This document shows, piece after piece, positions 13,401-25,400 of a stretch of DNA of 64,000 nucleotides. A program made the position numbers and the translations under genes. A model generated the notes under the pieces. It saw only the letters and a list, made by a program, of their open reading frames with translations, had not been told where the DNA came from and did no database searches. The first letter of the stretch is position 1; every line of letters begins with the position of its first letter. This DNA comes from Ascidiella aspersa (Eukaryota), in NCBI GenBank assembly GCA_963924565.1, contig OZ004611.1, positions 26,536,001-26,600,000 on the forward strand. The letters run 5' to 3'.

Positions 13401-16400
13401 TTACCAGATTATTATCAGTTTTTATAATAAACAGTGTGCATTAAGTCTCGTATGCATTCCTGTATGACTTTTGTAATACGAATTGGTCATTTACAAAGCT
13501 ACCAATAGTTTTCGTGTCGCACATTTTGCATTTTGATGAGGGAATTGTCCATCATTCAACGAACATTTCTAACGAAATTCATTAAGAATCACTTGCCTGT
13601 TAGTTTGGTCAACAACATTCGCTAGCGTTTAAATGCAAATTTTTAGCTGGATAAATTTGAGCTCCCACCTAACGCTCGGTAAATGGTCAAAATCGTGCAT
13701 TAAGGTGAAGATTTTGCATTGCGAAAAGCCTCTTCCTTCGATTGGTATCGCTTAGTGTGGGATACAGTTTCAAAGACGTCCGATATTGCCATTGTTCTGG
13801 CAAGCGTCGCGATTTGCATATTAACTTGCAAGACATGGCGCATAGGTGGACTAGACAGGGTTTTGTGCAAACTTCTAAAACCATTCAAATTATAACAAAT
13901 AAAGAAACAACTGGATATGGTATAGCTTATCCCAGTGGTTCTCAACCAGGGTGCCATTTCTAATTCTTAAGGGCGACGAGAGATATTTGAGAATCTTTAA
14001 AAATCTGCTTTTTGCTCAACTCTTACAAATTTTAGTGTCAGATTAGAGTGGAACAAATTTCAAGTGCAACTTCCTACGTTGTGTAGAGTTGGTGTGTGTT
14101 GTTCCAGTTCCGTTTATTACGGCATTATAGTTAATTGCCTACGGAAAATCTTGTAGGGGTGCCGCATTCTGTTTATTATTTCTAAAGAGTGCCGCCAGCC
14201 ATATAAGGCTGAGAAACGAGTCTTAGGTCGTAACCAATAGTTAACAGATGTTAACTTGCAAGACATGTTGCATAGGTGGGCTAGACAGTGTGATAACTTC
14301 TAAAAGCATTTACATTAAAACAAACAAACAACTGGATATGATATCGCTTATAGGTCGTACGATATTGCGTTTTAAGGTTTACCAAGCAATAGTTAAAAGG
14401 TGTTAACTTGCAAGACATGTTGCATAGTTGGGCTAGACAGTGTGATAACTTCTAAAAGCATTTACTTTAAAACAAACAAACAACTGGATATGATATCGCT
14501 TATAGGTCGTACGATATTGCGTTTTAAGGTTTACCAAGCAATAGTTAAAAGGTGTTAACTTGCAAGACATGTTGCATAGGTGGGCTAGACAGTGTGATAA
14601 CTTCTAAAACCATTTAATTTCAAACAACAGCTGGATAAGGTATCACTTATCGGTTAGCCGGTGCGATCTGGCGTTTTAAGGTTTGTCAAGCGATAGTGAA
14701 CAACTGAACAGGTATTTGACAATGGTTAAATACCGATTGTGCGCAGGAAATGTTGCGTATTTGAATAGGCAACAGCTGGATTGCGCTGATTTGCCTGAAC
14801 ACAGTTTGAGATCTCGTTTGCTGTCACAATCACACAACGATGGCCGGTCGAACGTATTAGGTGATCGAAACCGCCAAGAGTACTTCCTTAAAGCCTCCCA
14901 AGCCGAAAACACGAGACGAATTGAATCGCATTTCGTGCGAAACAGGCGCACACGGCACAGGTTGGATCTCACGTAAACACGTGCATGGGTTTCGTCCTAT
15001 CTGACAGGCCATACGGTGAGTTGCCTTGCTTTCACGTTCTTCTCTTAACGTTTCTCCCAGGAACCTTTGAGCATCAAAGGGGTCAATATGGGACTAGCTC
15101 CGCGAGCTTTGAGTGAAAACAGGCCTCGCGACTGGGCAGAGCCACACCGTCACCTTTTCCAGAGGCCGCGTCAGCCCATAAGGGGCCCGTCGCAAGTGCC
15201 CTACGATCGATTTCCTGGCATCGCGTTCTTGAATTTATTCGCCCGACGATTGTCGCCGCTCGCTGAGTTTACCCGCGTTCGATTTGGGAGATAGCGTTGC
15301 GCCGCAATCGTGTCGTGGTAGTTTGTCTACTTATGTTGCGCTGATTACCCTAATGTTACGGAAAGTTGGTTTCGACGAAGAAGATGTTTCTCGGAATATC
15401 GTTGAGACAGATTTGCAACAAACGCTATTTTTAAACAGTTTAAATTAGACAAAAAAAACTACTTGAATAATGTTGTTTTGGGGTTCCCTTCCGTTAGATT
15501 TTCAACAAGTGTTCCGACAGTCGACTTGTGTGTGTTCATGACCTTATAAAAAAAAATTGCATTTGTCGGAACGAATACCCTGTTCACCAGTGTTTGTCAA
15601 ACTTATTTAGCTTGTGGCAGACCAAAATAACATCGCGGCAAAGTTTCAACAAAGCAATTATAACCTACATTTTACCGAAGGCAAGATCAATACACCATTC
15701 ATGTCAGTAGTATAATGGATATTATGCTTTTATATTATGGCTATTTGTCATTCCATTAGTTTATTTCTCAAAAAAGTTTCGCGATATGAAGCTTGTGAAT
15801 CGCTGCTGTCTACCACTTATTACGTTCAACAAGGAATCATTGAACAAACTGCAGACTATGGTAGCCCTATTATATACATGACCCAGACAACTTCGAACTG
15901 TCTGCATTATATAGAGAAGCAAGCCGCAGGCACGGTCTGTATTATAGGGGGAATCGCTTGAACGTGAGCCCACTAACGACTCACCACACTTCCATAGACA
16001 CCCCCGGGAGTCGATATGCATCCTATATAATCACTCCGACTCAACAGTATCTTCCAGTTTGTAGTGTGCATGTTTCGTCCCAGGTGTGGCTTCATAGCTT
16101 ATCAGCTTTTTTACGTTCATCTCGCAGTTTCAGTCGGCTGTTTTCAACCAAAAGCAGCTTAGTTAGCATTCATTTATGAGCTTATTTAGTTAAAGTATCT
16201 TCAACATCTTAAAAAATGTATCAGTTCAGAATTTAAAATCGTCTTGAGAGGTTCTGAAAATTCAGAATTTTTCCTGCATTTTCATTGTCATCGAGTGAAT
16301 GGCTTTTATCTCCAGAAATCAATTCGCCTTCTATTCATTCTATCCGAACATTGACTTTCATTCTGTCGTCAGTCAAGCGGCTTCTGTTTGTCGATTTAGC

Positions 16401-19400
16401 GCTGATATCTGTCACCAGTCAAGATTATACTGTGAAAATATAACCGTTGTCCATAAAAGTGTTTCTTGTGTTCAGTTTTCGCTTTTCAGCTGGGTGAAAG
16501 GTCCCACTTAAGTGTGTGTGTTTTTTGTTTGTTTTTGCTTGTGCATGAAAAACTTCAAAACCCTTTTAAAAAAATTATATAATACTTAACCCTTCTACAA
16601 AAAACTAAAAAACACAAAACCCTTCCAAATAAAATTGTTGAGCTTGCGTTTGGTTTTGGTTCGAAGTTCTTCTTTGTTTGATTACCTCAAAGCGTTTGCT
16701 TCATTTTTCATCGACAAACGTTGCGCACATTCTTTATCGATTAAAATGCGCGCGAAAAAGGTGTTCGTGCACGTGTTGCACCTGACTTTCTGCGGACTTT
16801 GCCTGTTGATCCTGCTGTGAAAACAAAGTAGTTCCATAGCGCTGAAGCAACAATTCAGGCTTACTTCTTCAAGGAAGAGAACATTTTTCGTCTCTTATCA
16901 ACTGTATTTTCGGCGCAAGAGAACGTTTTCGTCTCTTCTTAAAAAAAGCGGCTATTTTCCGTCTCTTATCATCTTGGAAACCACAATTTGCCCAGAGTCG
17001 CTACGTCACCACATAGTGACGTTATCGGTTAAAAACTTCACCCACGGGCGGCGACGCATTAATGACGCACAATGGCGGTCCGGCGCAGGTCGCGCGGGCT
17101 CCGTGTGGTCCGGGAAGTTTAAATCTCGGAGGGGAGCTGAACGGTCCAGCCTCCGCCAATCCACAGAGCTTCTTCGGATCGTTTCGCTGGAGCCGGAAAA
17201 ACAAAGTCCTCAAGTTCTACCTCCGCGAGGTTTCACGCTCTTTTGCGATTTTCTTTAAAATCTTGGTGAAAAAATCGTAGGTTGGATGAAGTTTTTTGTT
17301 AAGTGTTTCGAAACATTGGTTATGCTTTTTTTTATAAACTATTGAAACTTTTTTTTTTTTAATCGGCTTATTTTTTAATCTTGGTAAGAAATGTTTTTTG
17401 GAAATTTTGTTGATTTTTCTAATTGGGGCTTGTATTTTAGCTTTACAACGAAAATGTAACAGAGTTTAACAAAAAAAAGCAGAAATATTCCGACATAAAA
17501 ACTTCGTACGACGAGTTTTTTAAGTTCTTTCTCAAAAATGATGCTATTTTTTATGAAACTAAATTGGAAACACAATGCATATATTAACGCTGAAAATCAA
17601 AACTTTTGTCTTTGAAAACGCCATTCATAGTACAAAAGTAATTGTGCAATAAATTTGGTAAAACTATTTTAGGTTTCCTTGTTTCGGTTTGATTGACGAC
17701 CGATTAAACGAGTAGGTAAGGTATTCTTGAAACTTATTTTCTTCCGCCTCATTCATTGTTTTGTCTCCTATACATTTATTCAAAGGGTTGCTGATGTTCT
17801 GCAACGCTGGCAATTAATGAATAACATTAGCCAGGCAAATTGCTGATAGCGCAGAGCACAACAATGTGTTGTTAGTGTAACATTAGAGGAAAAACGTTGA
17901 ATAGGTCATTATCAATTTTCGTGTTTACATTTTGGACGGCGCGAACCAGCCATACACACTTCCGTGAACTGAAGCAGAACAGTCGAAAGCACGACGCTCA
18001 TCTTATAAAACTTGTTTTTAGGTATGCAAGGTCTGCGGCAAAGCGTTCATCAACATATACAGGCTTCAGCGCCACATGCTCACACACAACGCCGGTGAGT
18101 TGAGGGCGTTTCTCTAGTGACATCTAGCGGATGTATTGTCGTTTAAAGTACTAGGACAAATATCCTGCTAACTGTCACGCCTATTTGACATTAAAATGGT
18201 ACACGAAAGTGTACCCGGCCCCAGAAAAAAACGGATTTCTACCATTGGCTATTCAAATTATTATTTTACGAGTTTGCAGATAACTTCACACGGAATTTTT
18301 TTATAAATTTGATGAACGCGCTCGAGTCCAAAAAATAAAAGTCGTGTCAAATTTAAACAAGCACAAAATATTTCAAATTAGATTATTCCTCATCTGTTAC
18401 AATTTGTTTTGAAGCTGTTTGCTAAACTACAAATAACCAACATATAATTTAGGGCTAGGCCACTAGGTATTAGCTTTTTATTATTTTAAGAGAAAAAAAT
18501 TTTAAGGCACTAGTTCATCGAATATTAACATTTTTTTGGTATTAATATTATTGTGTCGGGATATAAAGTGTAAAAAAAAACAATTCGTCACAAGACGTAC
18601 AATTTCGTGTTGAAAGCGGAAGCGAAACTTTTAACCGAATAAAAATATCTTGAAATCACCCACTTTGATCAATGTTCAGGCTACTTACTTAACGACCTGC
18701 TAAATCGGTGGAAATTCCGATTATTACCACCTAATTGGGTCGGTCTGTTAAATGGAGAATCATTCGAAACGATGTCAATATCCGGCGTAAAAGGTTACCG
18801 CTTAGCAATCTGCAATTATCGTCGAGCTGCTGAGACAAATCCAAGTCAGGCGAACAGGGCAAAATGTAGGCTAAGTAGTCCTAAAAAACAAAAGTTTTAA
18901 ATGAAACAGGAAAATTAAACAAAAGTACTGTTTTTGGTCATGTTTACTTCAAAAGTTATACAGTCCAATACACAAGTGTTTCGTACATTCGTTTTTGGTG
19001 AGTTTTAGAAAATATCGTTTGGGAGACCGTTTTGGGGGAAATTTATCATTAACATACTGTTTAGAAACAAATTAACATCATTTTTGTCTAAATGTTTGCT
19101 ATAAAAGCGGGCGACTTCTGTTTTTACCATCTTTTAAAGCAAAAAAAAATCAGTTACCGCTTAGAATATCCAATACCTCGTATTTTGTTCTTAAAACCAG
19201 TATTTTAATCAAAATGTACTAGCGATGCGATAGCAAAAATCATCACGTTATTTAAGTCGAAAACTACTTCCCTATGGAGTAACAAAAATCATCAATACAA
19301 CATTTAAAAACAGATCAAATTGAAACGTACAAACGTAATGTGTCCCGCGTTGATCATAAAGTTGCGCAACGCTGAGACCTAGGAATCTTTATGGCTAATA

Positions 19401-22400
19401 GGGTATTTTCTAATTGAAACTACTTTTCAACGAGGAACAATGTAACACCATCCGATCCGGTACCAATGACGTCATTACTATAATTATAATTATATTTTCA
19501 AACGAAATTACTTTTTAACGGAAATAACGATTTAATAGCAAACCTAAAATGCTGAAACTAATTGGGTATCGCATAAGATTAGTATCGATAACATCACTTG
19601 AAATCGGTCAAATATCATTGGACTTTTCTACTAACCGCTGCGACTTTAACGTTTTTTTCTGACCCTGATTTTAGTCAAAAAGTAATATTGATACAAAATG
19701 TCGTCATTATAAAGGTCAAATAAAAGTAAAACGCGCAAACGTGATGTTTGTCGGGTTTTTAGCCATAATATTGCTTTAGCGCATGCTATTTACAAAATAA
19801 ATTACATTTAGAATTAGCAAAACGCTCAGTAGGATCGCAAATCATGGCTAAAAAAGTTAAAATTAGCTTGGTGTCGGATCGGCATCGATTCGATACCAGT
19901 CTAGTATCGGACGACTAACGATATTACCACTTGGAGAGAAGTATCGGCTTCATTTACAGATGCTACCACTTGGAATGGGGTATCGGCTCTCCTATTAATT
20001 ATGGGACATTCCTACTAACCATTGCGACGTTTTAGGAAGCAGGAAATTCACTTGCGACGTGTGCAGCAAGTCGTTTAAGTACAAGCATCATCTTAAGGAG
20101 CACGCACGAATCCACAGCGGCGAGAAACCGTACGAGTGTCCCAACCCGAACTGCAACAAGCGATTCTCACATTCGGGCTCTTACAGGTCAGTTGGCCATT
20201 CAATAAATCAGTGATTCTCGTCTTTTTATTGCCTTACGGCAAACCTCAAAGATGTTAAATAGATTTTTCGGTCCCCCTATTTTTTTTTGAAAAAAAAAAT
20301 GTCACTATAAAACTGAAAATGTCACTATAAATGGAACTGGAACAACACAATCAACTTAAAACATTTAGGAAAATCAAAAATCAGATTCTTAAAACTTCTT
20401 AAATGCCCAACGGCACCCTTGAGCATTAGAAATTTCACACCAGGGCACCACTGCACCCTGGTTGACTACCACTGGTTTAGATACTTCCAGGCAGGGCTGC
20501 GGAGTCGGAGTCGGGACTCGACGGAGTCGGTTTGTTCTGCCGGAGTCGGACTCGGGACTCGAGTAAGACCGCGTAAAACTACCCGAGTCCCGAGTCCGAC
20601 GTGCGCATGCGCAGCCAAATGTAAGATTTTGTCGAGTCTCGAGTCCAGCTCTGCTTGTCTTTTACCCATTTACGCAACTAAATTAAGGTGGATTTTCTGC
20701 TATCCACTCATATTGGTGTCATAATTGATCCACCCGCATTACATGGTTTAAACATATTTCACCATTTGCTATTACACTTTTACAACTTACATTTTTCCGC
20801 CTTAACAGTTAAAAAAATTGATACTGCGCATGACCACGTCGGATTCGGGACTCAGGTAGTTTTACGCGGTCTTACTCGAGTCCCGAGTCCCGAGTCCGAC
20901 TCCGGCTAAACAAACCGACTCCGTCGAGTCCCGAGTCCCGAGTCCGACTCCGACTCCGCAGCCCTGCATTTAAGTGATATCTATACATTTAAGTGATAGG
21001 TTTAAATTAATCTCGATTATTTTCAAATGAAAGAAGCACCGGACCCCTTAACGGCTACCGTATAAAACTGAATTTAGGCGATTTATAAAACAGAAAAAAA
21101 GATGGACAAATGTTTTTTGTAACTAAGGAATGTGTGCTAGGTCGAACCTGAAATGTTTGCGTTATATGTTTCTGTCGATCACAAACTCTAAACTGCATCG
21201 AGACAAAATCATGACGAGAATGAACGTTTTCCAGTAACTTACTGAAATAATGATATCGGTAGACTATGCTCTTCTGAATCTTTTCTAAAGTACTCCTTGT
21301 ATGGAAAACAAATACGCAAAATAGATAAAAACTGTAATTGCAATGTGCTTCGACTTTAAAAAGATGACATAGGCCAGTTGGGAAAAGGTTGACCTGTCGG
21401 TAAACTGCGTGGCGTCGCGGTCACAACGCAATAAACTGCGTCATCTCTGCCTTACTTTGACGCACGATGAACTCACTGCTGAACTATCAGTTTAAGATTT
21501 GAAACGCTCTCATCCGTGAAAATCAAAAAATAGTTTGACAGCAAAGCTTGCATGACAAGCTGCCACCTATATACATTTAAGGGCACAGTTTAATTCGAGG
21601 TTCTAAAAACATTGCAAGGCTCTCAAAGCAAAAACCAGCAGAACTTTTTTCCAATCACGCCGTCAATCTACCCCGTTATTATAACTCGATTGGGCCCAGA
21701 GTCCAATTGCATTCTGTCGCCTGTTCGAACAGCGATTACCTGTTATTCCATTTTCACGTTGCTGGAAAGCTAGACAGGTTTGACAGCCTCTGCAGGCCGG
21801 ATTGGATTGTGAGCGAAACGCGTACCGACTAATTAGCCACGGCACCTATATTGTACTTCAGGATACGGCTGCGGCAATATGGCACCTGCACTAAGTTACT
21901 CGATATAGGTTATCGGCGAACTTTGTGACAGCGATATTGGCGGTTTAATCCAAATTGACATATCACACAATACATATAATAGGATTTAGTGTGGCCTTTT
22001 TTTAATGCAGAGCGGTTATTTTATATTTAATGTGTTTTTTCTGGAATACGAGAAGTTTCTTCTCGAAACAGTTTTTACTCTACCTTACAAATATTTACAA
22101 ATTAACTAAAAACCTTGCTTTCATCGCTTGTCGCAAAATCTTCATTGGACCTAATTTTATTTTTAAACAAAAAGAGAAAATGAACTTCAGCCGCAGTAAT
22201 AATATGCCTGCGTTAAGTTTTCTGTACGGGACCAAAAAATAGCGCGTCACCTAGAAGGCACCCTTACCACTAGGGTTAGACTACGTGTACCACAGAAGAA
22301 TCACCATTTGAGAAGAATTGTTGAAGGTTACGGACTACGGTCATGCGAAAAACTGATATCATAATTCCATTTGTATGACCGCAGACTGTTTTGTCCAGCC

Positions 22401-25400
22401 CCAACTGCGACACCCAGTGTCTGCACCGGGCGATGTCATTTTCTGTAATTCGATCGTACTGCGAAAAACATATCGACGGGAAACTAGTTTGGAGGTCGAA
22501 CAGCGAAATTCACATTTTCCATCCGTGGCTGATGTGTGCAGCAGCGATCGTCCACCTTCCTCAACAATTTCGCGTAAAATCGCTTCCAACAGCGGCACAA
22601 AACAACACCGATCTATCCCAGTGAATGCCTCCGACTCTTCGTTTCCATTGCGTCGTTTGCTGGAAAGACGTCACTCGCGAATTCATCCGACTCGAGTGCC
22701 AACGTTTTTCGGCGAGCCTATCAATGGCTTGTTTTCCTGTCGAAGCACAAGCACGTAATGTTGTAACCGACACCCAGGGTCAATTACCGCGTGTGGTTCG
22801 CTTGCTTGTTAATGACACCAAACACGCAGGCCCATCTAAGGCGTGTCGTGACTGTTCAAGCCAGTCCTTGTTGAAAAAATAACAAGTCCAAGTAACTTGT
22901 AATCCAAGACAAGTTCGAGTCAAGTCATTGCTAGAGACAAACGATAAAATTGGTAACGTCGCCCATTTTCAGCAATAAGTCTACTAAGCAAATTGAGATT
23001 AATAAATTTATAACAAAATGTTAATTAAAAACACTTCATTTCAACCCAAGTCATTTGACTAAATGTCATTTGACTAAATGACTTAATCCTAAGTCAAGTC
23101 ATTTGTCTAAAAGAACTAAGTCAAGTCAAGTCATTTTAAAACTGTTACTTAAGCGCAAAAGTAATTACAACACATTTGGCAGTAATTCTCAAACTGTGTG
23201 CTACTACAAACCATGTTGTAAAAATCTAGGCATATTCCTCATAGACAATAGGCATGCAAGCAAGCTTACGAGACTTGAATGCACAATATATGCTTTGGAA
23301 AGCTAATCATATTGTTGTATTTACCTAATGCCTTGACATGTAAGAGCCTTTCTCAGGTCCCCTAATATTGTTTTTAAAACCTGTGCCACGTACAATTTTT
23401 TAGTTTTTTTTGGGCCGCGCGATAAATAAAATTGAGAAGTACTGACAGTTGACATTGCTAACTTCAGTGGAGTTCGCTGTTGATGATATCTGCGTTATTA
23501 ATTTCGTAGTGAACAACTTATTTATTTCCGATGACCTTTCACCATGAAGGATACGCACACATATGTGCTCAACGATAAAGGCTTATGTGTCATGATCCTT
23601 TCACAATGTCAGTATATTTTATTAAGTTGCTTAGAAGTGGGGACATGGAATGGAATACGACTAACCTTTAGGTTTCATATATATATTTTTTTTTTTTAAC
23701 TGGTAACTTTGTTTTTTTTAACTGGTAACTTTGCAGTTACGAGGGATGGCGTTTTATTCTCATTAACAAAGTTTTGTTATTATTCACAAGCACGAACCAT
23801 ACCTCCTCATTTGGCTTAAAGTGTAAAACGTGACACTATGAAATTGCGGTCCTGTGCGAAAAAAAGTCTGGTTCGCAAACCACATTACGTTCGTCCACAT
23901 CAATCATTCCCAGACGGTGTAATTTGTTGTGTTTGCTAAAAATACTGCGCCACAAACATTCGTAGCGTCACGTTGGTTGGTTGGCAGAAAAGTACGCCGT
24001 CTGTAGTCTAGACTAGGGCCAATTACACGGCAGGTTGTATTCACGACTTATGGCCGCATGTTTAGGTGAGCCCTAATTGGACCACGCGTCTTGATGACGG
24101 GGATTCCCCGATACGTAATACCAGTGGCATAACCCAAGAGCAGAAAAGCTCGTCTTTTTTGAACTGTGCTCGGTCGCATCATACAGTGTCATACTTTCAA
24201 TCCTGCGTGGCCCAAAAATTGTCAAATTTTCGCTCAGGGTTGCTTCTTTCTATGAAAAGGTTGGTGAAAGCATTAGAATAACTACTTTAAATTATGAGTG
24301 AATTTTCACTAAAACTGGCGTCTTTAAACCTCCGGCGTAATCTTTTTTTTCATCGGGTAAAATTACGATCAAACTGATCGAAGGCTCTCCATTTTTTCAA
24401 CGTCTTACATACAAATACTTTCTTACATACAAATACTTTTTCAATAAAAGGTTTTAAAAATACGATATGAATTTTAATACACTAGTAACAAACCGTGACA
24501 AATGAATGGTGGATTGACGGTTGATTGATTTTTGTTTTACATTTTCAGTTTTTAAATCCCATTTGTGTTAATAATTTTAAAGTCGTAACGTTATCAAAAA
24601 CCAACAGCAAACTAACGTCACAACAGTTTGAACATTGATAACTTGTAAGATACAAGTTCGTATGGCACGTCTTAATCAAGATGTTTTTGATCTACTTGGC
24701 CTTTTTGGTTTTGAAATTTATTAGCAATTACAGATCCGTGCATAGTGAAACCAACTTGCACATTGGTAATTGAAAACTTATGTCTGACCACAGCTCTCAC
24801 ATCAGCAGCAAGAAATGCATCGGGAACGGCAACAAAAACACAGGGGGGAGCTTTTCTTATTCACCTTCCGGAGAAACAAACAACCACGTCGCAGCAGCCA
24901 AAGTCCCAACCGGATTCGCAGAGGTGACTTCATTGTATGGCTGGGATTTTACTAAATGAGACCCGCGGTTCCCAAAACTGTGTTCAAATGAAACAAACGC
25001 CAGATTTAGGCGGTTATCGGAGTTCGTTTGTTTTCCAAAATCTAGTTCAGGGTATGGCTTTTTTTTTTTTTGAAAAAATTATGATCTTTGGGAAATTATC
25101 GGCATTGACACTGTACTAAATTACGACATTAGTAAGGCCATAAAAGCAAACATTTACCAAAGGTAGAATTTTAAACGTAGTTGTATAGTCAATTTCGCTG
25201 TATAGGATTGTTACTTTCGGTTTCCAATTTATTATGTTTAAAAAAAAAACCTAATAATCGATAACGCTGTTTTACATTGCAAATAAATTTAAGAATTCGC
25301 CATCTACCGCAGTAACAAAAATATAGGATATATCAACTTCAGTATGTTTTAAGCCGATCTTTGCATATGTTTGGTTTCGGCATATTAAAAAAATTGGACA

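Noticed and set aside
14251-14695. CRISPR-like array (also considered for 37473-37825)
   Set aside because: Units repeat over their whole length with no unique spacers; eukaryotic context and no cas genes.
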